64,000 nt of DNA from Thermodesulfobacteriota bacterium (GTDB lineage: Bacteria > Desulfobacterota > Desulfarculia > JACQYL01): positions 2,624,001-2,688,000 of the forward strand of contig CAXXLZ010000002.1 of the NCBI GenBank assembly GCA_963675595.2. Direction: 5' to 3'. Below the pieces are notes generated by a model. It saw nothing but the letters and a program-made list of their open reading frames with translations, made no database searches and had not been told where the DNA came from. Positions 20,647-31,139 of the stretch are shown piece by piece (the first letter of the stretch is position 1; every line of letters starts with the position of its first letter). The position numbers were made by a program, and so were the translations under genes.

Positions 20647-21149
20647 GGGTTTTCGAAAACATGGACGAAGCCGCTCTTCGGCGGTACCTGGAGTTTCTTC
20701 TCTGGCATTACCGTGTGGTCGATGCCTTTTGGTTTCTCTTGGTGGAGGAGGCCTATGGCCGCCCCACCGCTGAGAAGCTCAACGAACAGGTGTGGGACAA
20801 GGCGGCCGAATTGGGCGGAAGACGGATGGCCCGGGAATTCGAGCTGCCCGGGGAGGGATTGGCCCGCTTCGCTCACGCGCTTGAACTCTGGCCCTGGGCT
20901 GTTTTGGCGGGGTATGAAATCGAACAGACTCCACAAGGGCTCTTCGTATCCGTCCCGCATTGTCCGCCGCAGGAAGCCCGCACCAAAAGAGGAATGGGAG
21001 AATACGATTGCAGAGAAATGCATCGTCTGGAATTCGAGCGATTTGCCCGTGAAATCGACCCGGCGATTCAAGTGGAATGTCTTTTCGCCCCGCCGGACCC
21101 GCATCCGGAGGGACTTTTCTGCCGGTGGCGCTTCACCCTTGAGGTCTGA
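20637..21149 (+). CDS. DUF6125-like Cys-containing protein
   Basis: DAFWF..VE, CPPQEAR...EYDC, VEC.FAPPDPHP...FCRWRF; GGAGG RBS. Confidence 0.7.
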   Translation: MDLRVFENMDEAALRRYLEFLLWHYRVVDAFWFLLVEEAYGRPTAEKLNEQVWDKAAELGGRRMAREFELPGEGLARFAHALELWPWAVLAGYEIEQTPQGLFVSVPHCPPQEARTKRGMGEYDCREMHRLEFERFAREIDPAIQVECLFAPPDPHPEGLFCRWRFTLEV

Positions 21150-21211
21150 CAAATCAGCTCTTCTTGTTTCGCCTTGAAAAAGCCGAAGGCCATCTGTTAT
21201 CTATCGCCCAA

Positions 21212-22144
21212 ATGGAACAACTGGGCGCCGTCGATATTGGAACCAATTCGATCCGTCTCCTCATCGCCCCTCGCGGCGTGCCGGGACGGCCGTCTTTGAC
21301 CTTGAGGCGCATCACGCGGCTCGGCGCGTCCTTGGAATCTCAGGGGATCATCGGCCCCACGGAATGGCGGACCGGCCTCGCGGTGCTTCGAGAATATCGG
21401 GACGAGCTTGATCGATACGGTGTAGTATCCTATCGTGCCGGTGGTACTGCGGTGTTTCGTAGAGCGGGGAACGCCGAAGAGATTGTTCGGGATGCTCTAG
21501 AGCGCGCAGGTTTGGCCCTCGAGATATTAAGCGAGGAGGAAGAAGCCCGGTTATCAATGGCCGGCGTGCTGGATGCCTTGTCTCCAACCGTGGATTCCAC
21601 GGTCGTTTTCGACGTCGGCGGCGGCAGCACCGAGTTTATCTGCCTGAAAGAAGGCACTCCACCTGCGATCAAAAGCGTTGGGATAGGGGCTGTAACCCTG
21701 ACCCATCGTTTTCTCGACAGTGAGGACCCGCCGTCTCGGAAATCAATTCAGGACCTGGAATCGTTTCTCGACGGATGCTTATTCTCGGTGGCGTCCTGGA
21801 TTCGAGAAATCTTCCCCGTTATGGATTTCAGCCGAAACGGCTTGGTGGGTACGGCGGGCACAATTGCATCTTTGGCCGCCATGCTCCAAGAACTTGAGAA
21901 CTATGATCCCGCACGGATCAACGGCTACCGTATGGAGAGGCGCCGAATTGAAGGCCTGACCCGAACGATGTGCAGTCTGACCTCCGACCGTAGGGCCCTC
22001 CTCCCGGGAATGGAGCCGGGAAGGGTTGACATCATGGTGGCCGGGGCCCTCATCGTCATCGCCGTTATGAAGGCTCTTCAGGCGGAGGAAGTCGTTGCGG
22101 CGGACGCGGGACTGCTTGAAGGGCTTCTCCTGAGCATCTCCTGA
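21212..22144 (+). CDS. ppx: Ppx/GppA exopolyphosphatase, short form
   Basis: [33 protein letters not shown]. Confidence 0.9.
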   Translation: MEQLGAVDIGTNSIRLLIAPRGVPGRPSLTLRRITRLGASLESQGIIGPTEWRTGLAVLREYRDELDRYGVVSYRAGGTAVFRRAGNAEEIVRDALERAGLALEILSEEEEARLSMAGVLDALSPTVDSTVVFDVGGGSTEFICLKEGTPPAIKSVGIGAVTLTHRFLDSEDPPSRKSIQDLESFLDGCLFSVASWIREIFPVMDFSRNGLVGTAGTIASLAAMLQELENYDPARINGYRMERRRIEGLTRTMCSLTSDRRALLPGMEPGRVDIMVAGALIVIAVMKALQAEEVVAADAGLLEGLLLSIS

Positions 22145-22383
22145 ACCACGTTGCGGTTGCTTCCTCGAAAGCCTTTTCAACAAAGCCGTTTCCAGCAGGA
22201 TCCGACCCTCCGTATCGTTGCCGCCGCACGCCGTCCCCGGCATCGATGAGAGTGAGGTTTTTCCGTTTTCCGGCGGCTGAACCGAAAACAGACTATTTTT
22301 CCCTTGATCCCCGGGAATCGGACTGCCGTTCCCGGAACCGGTTCTCTTTATGTAAGGTCCGGTCATCAACATTTGGAGGCCCC

Positions 22384-23853
22384 ATGCAGCACGAACCCAT
22401 TCCGGAAGCTCTCACCTTCGACGACGTCCTGCTGCTCCCTTCGTATTCGGAAGTCCTTCCTAAGGACGTGGACGTCCGAACGCGTTTGAGCCGCAGAATT
22501 CAACTGAACATCCCTCTGACCAGCGCTGCGATGGACACGGTTACGGAATCGCGTACCGCCATCAGCCTTGCGCGCCAGGGCGGCATCGGATTTATCCACA
22601 AGAACATGCCCATCGAAACGCAGACCATGGAAGTGATCAAGGTGAAGAAGTCAGAGAGCGGCATGATTGTGGACCCTGTAACGGTAGGTCCGGAAAGAAA
22701 ACTGTCCGACGTATTGGACATCATGTCCAGATACCGCATTTCAGGAGTGCCGGTGGTCAATCAGGATCGGATCGCCGTTGGAATCATCACCAATCGGGAC
22801 CTTCGTTTCGAAACCAATCTCGACCAACCCGTCAGCGCGGTCATGACCAAAGAGAATCTGGTCACAGCCAGGCCGGGGATCACTCTTGAAGAGTCCAAGG
22901 CCCTTCTACACAAGAACCGCATCGAGAAGCTCTTGGTGGTGGACGAAAAAGGCAGGCTTCAGGGTCTGATCACCATCAAGGACATCATGAAAGTCCGGAA
23001 ATACCCCGAAAGCTGCAAGGACCAAATGGGGAGACTTCGCGTGGGCGCCGCGGTCGGGGTGGGGCCCGACCGGGAGGCACGGCTGGATGCCTTGCTCAAG
23101 GCCGAGGTGGACGTCATTCTCTTCGACTCGGCTCACGGTCATTCCAAAGGGGTGATCGAGGCCGTCCGGGACAGCAAACGGAACTTCCCCGACTTTGAAT
23201 GCGTCGCCGGCAACGTGGCCACGCCCGAAGGATTCAAGAAGCTGGTCGAGGCGGGTGTCGACGCGGTCAAAGTGGGTGTGGGACCGGGTTCCATCTGCAC
23301 CACTCGCGTGGTGGCCGGAGTGGGGGTTCCTCAGATTTCCGCCGTCATGAATTGCGCCCCCGTGGCCAAGTCCACCGATACGCCCCTCATCGCCGACGGG
23401 GGCATCAAATTTTCGGGCGACATCACCAAAGCCATCGCCGCCGGTGCCGATTCGGTCATGGTGGGCAGCCTCTTTGCCGGAACGGAAGAAAGCCCCGGTG
23501 AAACCATTCTTTTTCAGGGTCGATCCTACAAGGTATACCGAGGCATGGGCTCCATCGAGGCCATGAGAGCGGGAAGCGGCGACCGCTATTCTCAGAATGA
23601 GATTCTGCAGGAGTCCAAATTGGTTCCCGAAGGCATCGTGGGCAGAGTTCCTTATCGTGGGCGTCTCGACGCCACCATTTATCAGTTGGTGGGGGGGCTT
23701 CGCTCCGGTATGGGATATGTGGGATGCCGCAACATCCAAGAACTTCAGACGCTCAGCCGATTCATTAAGATCACCGCCGCCGGACTCAGAGAAAGCCACG
23801 TCCACGATGTCATCATCACCAAGGAAGCGCCCAACTATCGGGTGGAACAATGA
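22384..23853 (+). CDS. guaB: IMP dehydrogenase
   Basis: [19 protein letters not shown] pair, [15 protein letters not shown]. Confidence 0.97.
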   Translation: MQHEPIPEALTFDDVLLLPSYSEVLPKDVDVRTRLSRRIQLNIPLTSAAMDTVTESRTAISLARQGGIGFIHKNMPIETQTMEVIKVKKSESGMIVDPVTVGPERKLSDVLDIMSRYRISGVPVVNQDRIAVGIITNRDLRFETNLDQPVSAVMTKENLVTARPGITLEESKALLHKNRIEKLLVVDEKGRLQGLITIKDIMKVRKYPESCKDQMGRLRVGAAVGVGPDREARLDALLKAEVDVILFDSAHGHSKGVIEAVRDSKRNFPDFECVAGNVATPEGFKKLVEAGVDAVKVGVGPGSICTTRVVAGVGVPQISAVMNCAPVAKSTDTPLIADGGIKFSGDITKAIAAGADSVMVGSLFAGTEESPGETILFQGRSYKVYRGMGSIEAMRAGSGDRYSQNEILQESKLVPEGIVGRVPYRGRLDATIYQLVGGLRSGMGYVGCRNIQELQTLSRFIKITAAGLRESHVHDVIITKEAPNYRVEQ

Positions 23854-23902
23854 TCCTGAGCCACCGTTAGGCTGGTTCGGGGTTTGAGAGGCGATTGCTC
23901 GT

Positions 23903-25456
23903 ATGTCCGCCGTACACGACCAGAACATATTGATCCTGGATTTCGGGTCACAAACCACGCAGCTCATCGCCCGCAGGGTGCGAGAGCTGAAGGTTTATTG
24001 TGAAATTCATCCTTTCAGCATGACTCCCGAGGAAATCAGGGACTTCAATCCCCTCGGAATCATTCTTTCCGGTGGTCCGGCTTCCGTTTACCAGGAAGGC
24101 GCACCACGGGTCGGCGCCGAGCTCTTCGAGCTGGGCCTGCCGATTCTAGGCATCTGTTACGGAATGCAGATCATGACCTTTGCCCTCGGCGGCGTGGTGG
24201 CCGGCGCCCCCCACCGGGAGTACGGCTATGCTTCCATGACCGTGGACGACTTATCGGATCTATTTCGCGGTCTGGATTCTTCAGCGTCCCACGTTGTCTG
24301 GATGAGTCATGGAGACCGCATATCCGCTATGCCCGAAGGGTTTACGAGCCTGGCCCACACGGGAAATTCTCCCGTGGCGGCCATGGGACACAAGGGGAAG
24401 AAGCTCTATGGCGTCCAGTTTCATCCGGAGGTGATTCACACTCGCATTGGAACCGAGGTGCTCGAGAATTTCCTTTTTGGAATCTGCGGTGCCCAGCCCT
24501 TGTGGAACATGCGATCCTTTATCGAAGAGTCCGTGGAAGCCCTCGGTGAGCGCATCGGTGATGATCGGATCATTTGCGCCTTGAGCGGAGGGGTGGATTC
24601 CTCGGTTACGGCCGCTCTCCTCCATCAGGCTGTGGGAGATCAGCTCACGTGTGTCTTTGTGGACAACGGTCTCTTGAGGGCCGGTGAAGCTGAACGAGTG
24701 GTCAAGGTATTTCGCAACCACCTGGGCTTGGACCTTAGATTCATTCCGGCTGCCGAGGACTTTCTGAAACTGCTTAAAGGGGTGGAGGATCCGGAAAAGA
24801 AGCGAAAGATCATCGGTCACGAGTTTATCCGAATCTTTGAAGAAACGGCAAACGGCATCGGCGGGGTGAAATACCTGGCGCAAGGCACGCTGTATCCGGA
24901 CGTCATCGAATCCGTTTCGTTCAAGGGCCCTTCGGCCACCATCAAGACTCACCACAACGTTGGCGGTCTGCCCGAGCGCATGAACCTCGAACTGGTCGAA
25001 CCTCTTCGCGAACTTTTCAAAGACGAAGTGCGATTGGTGGGTGAAGAACTGGGTCTTCCGCACGAAATGGTCCACCGACATCCTTTTCCCGGGCCGGGAC
25101 TGGCCATCAGAATCTTGGGGGAAGTGACCCGGGAGCGGCTGGAAATTCTGCGAAACGCCGACCTCATCGTGCTCGAGGAAATGCGACGCTCAGGCTATTA
25201 CTCCAAGGTGTGGCAGTCGTTTGCGGTATTGCTTCCCGTTCGCACCGTTGGGGTGATGGGAGACGAGCGCACTTATGAGCATGTGGCCGCGCTGCGCGTC
25301 GTGGACAGCCAAGATGCCATGACCGCCGATTGGAGCCGGCTCCCTTATGACGTCCTGGGAAACATCTCCAACCGAATCATCAACGAGGTCAAAGGCATCA
25401 ATCGCGTGGTCTACGACATCTCCTCCAAACCCCCCAGCACCATCGAGTGGGAGTGA
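23903..25456 (+). CDS. guaA: GMP synthase (glutamine-hydrolysing)
   Basis: [34 protein letters not shown]. Confidence 0.97.
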   Translation: MSAVHDQNILILDFGSQTTQLIARRVRELKVYCEIHPFSMTPEEIRDFNPLGIILSGGPASVYQEGAPRVGAELFELGLPILGICYGMQIMTFALGGVVAGAPHREYGYASMTVDDLSDLFRGLDSSASHVVWMSHGDRISAMPEGFTSLAHTGNSPVAAMGHKGKKLYGVQFHPEVIHTRIGTEVLENFLFGICGAQPLWNMRSFIEESVEALGERIGDDRIICALSGGVDSSVTAALLHQAVGDQLTCVFVDNGLLRAGEAERVVKVFRNHLGLDLRFIPAAEDFLKLLKGVEDPEKKRKIIGHEFIRIFEETANGIGGVKYLAQGTLYPDVIESVSFKGPSATIKTHHNVGGLPERMNLELVEPLRELFKDEVRLVGEELGLPHEMVHRHPFPGPGLAIRILGEVTRERLEILRNADLIVLEEMRRSGYYSKVWQSFAVLLPVRTVGVMGDERTYEHVAALRVVDSQDAMTADWSRLPYDVLGNISNRIINEVKGINRVVYDISSKPPSTIEWE

Positions 25457-25457
25457 T

Positions 25458-28400
25458 ATGAGCTCAGCCCCGTTCGTCCACCTGCACGTTCACACCCAAT
25501 ACAGCCTCCTCGACGGGGCCATCCGTTTCGACGACCTGTTTCAGCGCGCCCTCGACTTCAACATGCCTGCCGTGAGCATCACCGATCACGGCAATATGTT
25601 CGGTGCCGTGAACTTCTACAAGAAGGCCAAAGCCAAAGGTCTCAAGCCGATTATCGGATGCGAGGTCTATGTGGCTCCGGGCAGTCACCTGGACAAGGAT
25701 TCCGAAAAAGGCAAGGGCGGAAACTTTCATCTGGTCCTGCTGATTAAGAATTTGGAGGGTTATCGGAACCTCTGCAGGCTTCTGACGGCCGCGCATTTTG
25801 AAGGATTCTACTATAAGCCTCGCGTGGATAAGGAGCTCCTCCGGAACCACCACGAGGGCCTGATCGCCCTCAGCGCCTGCCTTCACGGGGAAGTGGCCAC
25901 CTTTGTCAACGCAGGCGATATGAAAAGAGCGGAACAGGCCGCGGCCGAATACGCCCAAATCTTCGACGAGGGCCGTTTCTACCTTGAACTCCAGGACAGC
26001 GGCATCCCTGAGCAGAAGACGGTGAACCGCGGACTGATCGAGCTTTCCCGTAATTTAGGCCTACCCATGGTGGCCACCAACGACTGCCATTATCTTGATC
26101 GGGAAGACGCAAGGGCTCATGAGATTCTCCTCTGCATACAAACGGGAAAAACCATTGAAGACGAGAATCGCATGCGTTTCGCCACGGACGAACTGTACTT
26201 CAAGTCTCCGAAAGAAATGGCCGCTACTTTCGGGCAAGTACCCGACGCTCTTGAAAACTCGCTTCGCATTGCCGACCAGTGCAACCTGGAGCTTGAACTG
26301 GGCGAACACCATTTTCCCCTCTTCGAAGTGGCCCCCGGACAAAACGTGGAGGACCTTTTTGAAAAGGAGTGCCGCACCGGCCTTGAAAAGCGTCTGGCTG
26401 AGCTGAAAAACATCCGTCCCGATTTCGGGGAGCAAGACGTCCAAAAATACTGGAACCGGCTCGAAATCGAACTGGACGTCATCAAGAAGATGGGCTTTCC
26501 CGGGTATTTTCTCATCGTTTCGGACTTCATCAGTCATGGGAGGGGAAACGGATGCCCCGTGGGTCCCGGCCGCGGTTCCGCCGCCGGAAGTCTGGCGGCC
26601 TATGCCATGGGTATTACAAACATCGACCCTCTGCCCTACAACCTGTTGTTCGAGCGTTTCCTGAATCTGGAACGCAAAGCCATGCCCGACATCGACGTGG
26701 ATTTCTGCATGACCAACCGGGACAGGGTTATCCATTACGTGTCCGACAAGTACGGCGGTCAGGAGCGGGTCGCCCAAATCATTACCTTCGGTTCCATTAA
26801 AGCGCGGGCCGTGATCAGGGACGTGGCCAGGGCCCTGAACATGCCATACGGCGACGCGGATCGGATCGCGAAGCTCATCCCCAACAAACTGAACATCACG
26901 TTGGCCGAAGCCATCAAGCAGGAGCCTCGGCTCAAAGAACTGGTGGACAAGGACCCCAAGGTTAAGGAACTCATTGAGATCGCCATGCGTCTTGAGGGTT
27001 TGCCCAGACACGCATCCACCCACGCCGCCGGCGTTGTTATTTCCGATAGACCGCTCACCGAGTACATGCCTCTGTACCGCGGGGCCAACGGCGAAGTCGT
27101 GACCCAATACGACATGAGCTGCGTTGAAGAAGTGGGGCTGATCAAGTTCGACTTCTTGGGGCTCAAAACGCTGACCGTGCTTGAATTGGCTTTGGACCTG
27201 ATTCGCAACAGAACCGGGGAACGGCTCGATCTGAGCCGAATTCCTTTGGATGACGAACCCACCTATCGTCTTCTTTGTTCGGGAGACACCACCGGCGTGT
27301 TCCAGCTTGAAAGCTCGGGCATGAAGGAGCTCCTGGTACGGCTGAAACCCATCTGTTTTGAAGACGTTGTCGCTCTTGTGGCTTTGTATCGGCCGGGTCC
27401 CATGGAAAGCGGAATGATCGACGACTACATCCGCAGAAAGCATGGACAGACCGAGGTCAAGTATCTGCTTCCTCAGCTCGAAGCCATCCTGAAAGACACC
27501 TATGGCGTAATCGTCTATCAGGAGCAGGTCATGCAGATCGCCAGCGCGTTGGCCAGTTACAGCCTTGGAGAGGCCGACATCCTGCGGCGCGCCATGGGGA
27601 AGAAGAAGCCGGAGTACATGGCGAGAGAACGTGAGCGCTTCATGGACGGAGCCTCCAAAAACAACATCGATCCGAACAAGGCCGCCACCGTGTTCGACCT
27701 CATGGCCAAATTCGCCGGGTACGGGTTCAACAAATCTCACAGCGCCGCCTATGGCCTCATCGCCTACCAGACGGCCTACCTGAAGACGCATTACCCCGTC
27801 GAATTCATGACCGCTCTCTTAACCTGCGACATGAACAATACGGACAATGTGGTCAAATTCATCTCGGAATGCAAAGACCACGGCATCCCCGTGCTCCCTC
27901 CCGACATCAATGAAAGCCGACGAGAGTTCACTGTGGTGGACCAGAGAATCCGTTTCGGTCTGGCCGCGGTCAAAAACGTAGGCGGGGGTGCCATAGATGC
28001 CGTACTGGAATGTCGGGAAGAAGGAGGCCCCTTTTCCTCCATCTACGATTTCTGTGAACGGGTGGATCTGAGACGTGTCAACCGACGGGTCATAGAGAGC
28101 CTGATCAAGGCCGGCGCTTTGGACTCCTTGAACGCCAAGCGTTCTCAACTTACCGCGGCCCTGGATGAAGCCATGGACCGAGCTCAGCTCCTTCGGAAGG
28201 ACAAGGACAACGGACAGCTGAACCTGTTCGACATGGTGAAGGATCAGTCCGACGCGAGTCCTGTTATGCCCGATCTTCCCGATATCGAGGAGTGGAGCGA
28301 GAAGAGAAAGTTAGCGTTTGAAAAAGAGGCGTTGGGATTTTATATTACGGGGCACCCTTTGGACAGGTTTGGGCAGGAGATTCAACTGTTCACCACCACG

Positions 28401-28946
28401 GATTCTCAAAGAGTCCAAGAACGAGCCGAGAATGAGCAGGTCCGCATAGCGGGAGTGCGCACGACGACCAAATTCACCACTACCAAGAAAGGCGATCGGA
28501 TGGCCTTCCTCACTCTCGAGGACAAGCTGGGAGGAGTGGAGGTAATCGTTTTCTCCGACACTTTCGATAGATGCGTGGAGCTGCTTGAGAGAGACGAGCC
28601 TCTTCTGGCAACCGGTACCGTGCGGCGCGACGAAAAGGGAGCCAAGTTGATCGCTTCCGACTTAATCTCTTTATCAGAGGCGCTTTCTCGGTTCGCGACC
28701 CGTGTGGAAATTCGACTCGTTGCGGAAAGTATTACGTCCGAACAATTATGGGCGCTTAAAGATATCATGACCTCTCATCGGGGAGAGTGCGAAACCGTGC
28801 TCAAACTCGGGAGCCCGGAAACCGGAGACCTCCTGTTCTCTATTCCTCGACACTATTGGGTCAGTCCCGACCGGGAGCTTGTTCGTGAAGTCAACGGGTT
28901 TCTCGGATATGAAGCGGTTTGGGCACACGCCGAATCGAATGCATAG
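25458..28946 (+). CDS. dnaE: DNA polymerase III alpha subunit
   Basis: HLHVHTQYSLLDG PHP domain, GRGSAAGS, PDIDVDF, FNKSHS, OB fold; no intein seen. Confidence 0.97.
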   Translation: MSSAPFVHLHVHTQYSLLDGAIRFDDLFQRALDFNMPAVSITDHGNMFGAVNFYKKAKAKGLKPIIGCEVYVAPGSHLDKDSEKGKGGNFHLVLLIKNLEGYRNLCRLLTAAHFEGFYYKPRVDKELLRNHHEGLIALSACLHGEVATFVNAGDMKRAEQAAAEYAQIFDEGRFYLELQDSGIPEQKTVNRGLIELSRNLGLPMVATNDCHYLDREDARAHEILLCIQTGKTIEDENRMRFATDELYFKSPKEMAATFGQVPDALENSLRIADQCNLELELGEHHFPLFEVAPGQNVEDLFEKECRTGLEKRLAELKNIRPDFGEQDVQKYWNRLEIELDVIKKMGFPGYFLIVSDFISHGRGNGCPVGPGRGSAAGSLAAYAMGITNIDPLPYNLLFERFLNLERKAMPDIDVDFCMTNRDRVIHYVSDKYGGQERVAQIITFGSIKARAVIRDVARALNMPYGDADRIAKLIPNKLNITLAEAIKQEPRLKELVDKDPKVKELIEIAMRLEGLPRHASTHAAGVVISDRPLTEYMPLYRGANGEVVTQYDMSCVEEVGLIKFDFLGLKTLTVLELALDLIRNRTGERLDLSRIPLDDEPTYRLLCSGDTTGVFQLESSGMKELLVRLKPICFEDVVALVALYRPGPMESGMIDDYIRRKHGQTEVKYLLPQLEAILKDTYGVIVYQEQVMQIASALASYSLGEADILRRAMGKKKPEYMARERERFMDGASKNNIDPNKAATVFDLMAKFAGYGFNKSHSAAYGLIAYQTAYLKTHYPVEFMTALLTCDMNNTDNVVKFISECKDHGIPVLPPDINESRREFTVVDQRIRFGLAAVKNVGGGAIDAVLECREEGGPFSSIYDFCERVDLRRVNRRVIESLIKAGALDSLNAKRSQLTAALDEAMDRAQLLRKDKDNGQLNLFDMVKDQSDASPVMPDLPDIEEWSEKRKLAFEKEALGFYITGHPLDRFGQEIQLFTTTDSQRVQERAENEQVRIAGVRTTTKFTTTKKGDRMAFLTLEDKLGGVEVIVFSDTFDRCVELLERDEPLLATGTVRRDEKGAKLIASDLISLSEALSRFATRVEIRLVAESITSEQLWALKDIMTSHRGECETVLKLGSPETGDLLFSIPRHYWVSPDRELVREVNGFLGYEAVWAHAESNA

Positions 28947-29307
28947 CCGTTCTTTGGAATACCCCGTACCGCATACCGGGTTTCTCAACAACCCGACGAA
29001 AGCGTGGGTTGCAGACTGAACCTATAGAGGGTCCCTACTTTAGCCTATCTCGAGACCACCTGATTTGGGTGCTCCCGAGACGAGCAACGTTGGGACTTTT
29101 CCTTCGGGATGAAGGAAACCCTTGTGCCTGTGATCTCGAAGGGCCCGAGAAATGATCGTCCATATGATGGATTCGTTTAGCGCCCCTTGACCTATCGCCG
29201 AGGTTGCCGACATCGGAAAGGCAAATAGATCGTCAACTCCGGATCGCTCAAAAGCGGCCGAAAAATATATCGCGCGGAAGTACCGGGTTTTATCCCGAAA
29301 ACGATCC

Positions 29308-30021
29308 TTGATATCTTACGAGGTTCGAGTCAGGGAGACGGACCTGCTGATTCGTTCCCGTAAACCCTTGAGAGACTTGGCTGAACGAACCGTATACGAC
29401 CTGCGGTTGCAGCTGGAGGAGTACATCAGACAACGGCCCGAATTTCTCGAGAGTCTTTATCCCATCGAAGAAGACCTCTTCGCTCCTCCCGTGGCTCTCG
29501 ATATGATGCGGGCGTCGGCTTTGGCCGGTGTGGGACCCATGGCGGCCGTCGCCGGTGCCATCGCGCAACAAGTGGGACGGGCCTTGCTTTCCGAGGATCC
29601 CGATGTGATCGTGGAAAACGGGGGCGACATTTTTATCACAGGAACGGAACCCGTGACCATCGGTGTTTTTGCGGGGGAATCACCACTGAATCTGAGGTTG
29701 GGCTTGAAGATCATGCCGGAAAAGATGCCCCTCGGCGTGTGTACTTCCTCCGGAACCGTCGGGCATTCACTAAGTTTGGGAGCTGCGGACGCCGCGGTTG
29801 TGGTTTCCGCCCAGACGGCTCTTGCCGACGCTGCGGCTACCGCTTTGGGAAACCGCATTGCCGGAATCGGCGACTTGGCAGAAGGTGTACGATGGGCCTG
29901 CGGTATTACCGGGGTTTCCGGCGCCTTGGTGGTTTTGGCAAGCAAACTCGCCGCCGCTGGTGACTTGGAATTGGTTTATTTGGAGCCGTCCTCTAATCCA
30001 TCGGGCTTTGTCGGAGTTTAG
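29308..30021 (+). CDS. UPF0280 / ApbE-like protein; start uncertain
   Basis: ETDL, VGPMAAVAGAIA, ENGGDI, CTSSGTVGHSLS.G.AD, ADAAAT. Confidence 0.85.
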   Translation: MISYEVRVRETDLLIRSRKPLRDLAERTVYDLRLQLEEYIRQRPEFLESLYPIEEDLFAPPVALDMMRASALAGVGPMAAVAGAIAQQVGRALLSEDPDVIVENGGDIFITGTEPVTIGVFAGESPLNLRLGLKIMPEKMPLGVCTSSGTVGHSLSLGAADAAVVVSAQTALADAAATALGNRIAGIGDLAEGVRWACGITGVSGALVVLASKLAAAGDLELVYLEPSSNPSGFVGV

Positions 30022-30023
30022 CA

Positions 30024-30533
30024 ATGGAAGTCATTTGGGCTCCCTGGCGTATGGACTATATTCTTCAAACCAACAAGCCCCAAGGCTGTATTTTCTGTGT
30101 TGAACGTGATGAAGCTCCCGAAGTGCTGCGGGACCGTCTCATCCTTTACGTCGGTGATCATTCATTGATTATCATGAACAGATACCCTTACAGCAATGGG
30201 CATCTCCTGGTGGCGCCCCTTAGGCATGCAGGGGCTCTGGAAGACCTTACCGAAGCCGAGTCTGCCGACCTGATGCGTCTGACTCGGTCCTGCGTATGCG
30301 TGTTGAAGGAAGTCATGAATCCCGGGGGATTCAATGTGGGAATTAATCTTGGCGGCACCGCCGGAGCCGGAGTGGAGGAACACCTTCATGTCCACATCGT
30401 GCCGCGTTGGGAAGGAGACAATAACTTTATGGCCGTGGTGGCCGATACCCGGGTCATTCCCGAACATCTCAAGATTACTTACGATAAACTTCTACCTCGT
30501 TTCCATGCCCTGAATGCGGGAGGAAAGAAATGA
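30024..30533 (+). CDS. HIT-family nucleotide hydrolase (Ap4A type)
   Basis: WAPWRM.YI, CIFC, N.YPY.NGH, HLHVHIVPRW.GD. Confidence 0.9.
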   Translation: MEVIWAPWRMDYILQTNKPQGCIFCVERDEAPEVLRDRLILYVGDHSLIIMNRYPYSNGHLLVAPLRHAGALEDLTEAESADLMRLTRSCVCVLKEVMNPGGFNVGINLGGTAGAGVEEHLHVHIVPRWEGDNNFMAVVADTRVIPEHLKITYDKLLPRFHALNAGGKK

Positions 30534-30946
30534 AATACGTGCGGATCACCATTTACGCGCTGGTATTCGTCCTTGCGGTCGTTTTTATTCAACAGAACCT
30601 GGAATATTTTGCGCAGGATATAACGATTCGTCTCAACCTGCACTACTTCCGGTTCTCGAGTATGCCGATTCCGATCTACGTGCTGCTCCTTCTGTCCTTT
30701 CTCGCCGGAGTCATCATCGCATCTCTTTACGGCGTCATGGACCGAATTCGAACGAAAAGTCGTCTCCGCTCCGAGTGTCGTGAGCGCGCGCGACTCCAGA
30801 AAGAGCTTGAATCTCTCAAGCCTTCGGAGACCGCCGTCATCAAATCCGTAGACACTCCCTCCGTCCCTTCCGAATCCGGTTCTTCGCCGCAGGCTCTTGA
30901 GCTTCGAACCGAAACGGAAACCGACAAAAAGGATCAGGTCGACTGA
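30530..30946 (+). CDS. lapA: LapA-family (DUF1049) membrane protein
   Basis: TM-QN-...-P-TM-coiled coil architecture. Confidence 0.7.
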   Translation: MKYVRITIYALVFVLAVVFIQQNLEYFAQDITIRLNLHYFRFSSMPIPIYVLLLLSFLAGVIIASLYGVMDRIRTKSRLRSECRERARLQKELESLKPSETAVIKSVDTPSVPSESGSSPQALELRTETETDKKDQVD

Positions 30947-31139
30947 GCAACCCTTTAGGGCCCGTTGGAATGTGCGACTTCTTCCGGGCCCCTTCGACTT
31001 CATTCCGGAGTCCTTCTCACGCAAGTCTATTCTCTTTTCGGCCCACCACCTTTTTCGGTAACTTGGGCATCGGCCTTTCCTTTGATAAGCGTTTTGCTCG
31101 ACGGTCCCTTGAATTCCTCTCGCTGAACGGTTTGCCCAT

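Noticed and set aside
26061-27791. Long antisense ORFs (also 4182-5408, 39629-41191, 45043-46152, 46272-47597)
   Set aside because: Shadow frames of GC-rich, codon-biased genes on the opposite strand.
28947-29260. Riboswitch (c-di-GMP-I) or 6S RNA after dnaE
   Set aside because: Only scattered short matches (GGTTGCCG, GGCAAA) in the wrong order; no coherent fold supported.
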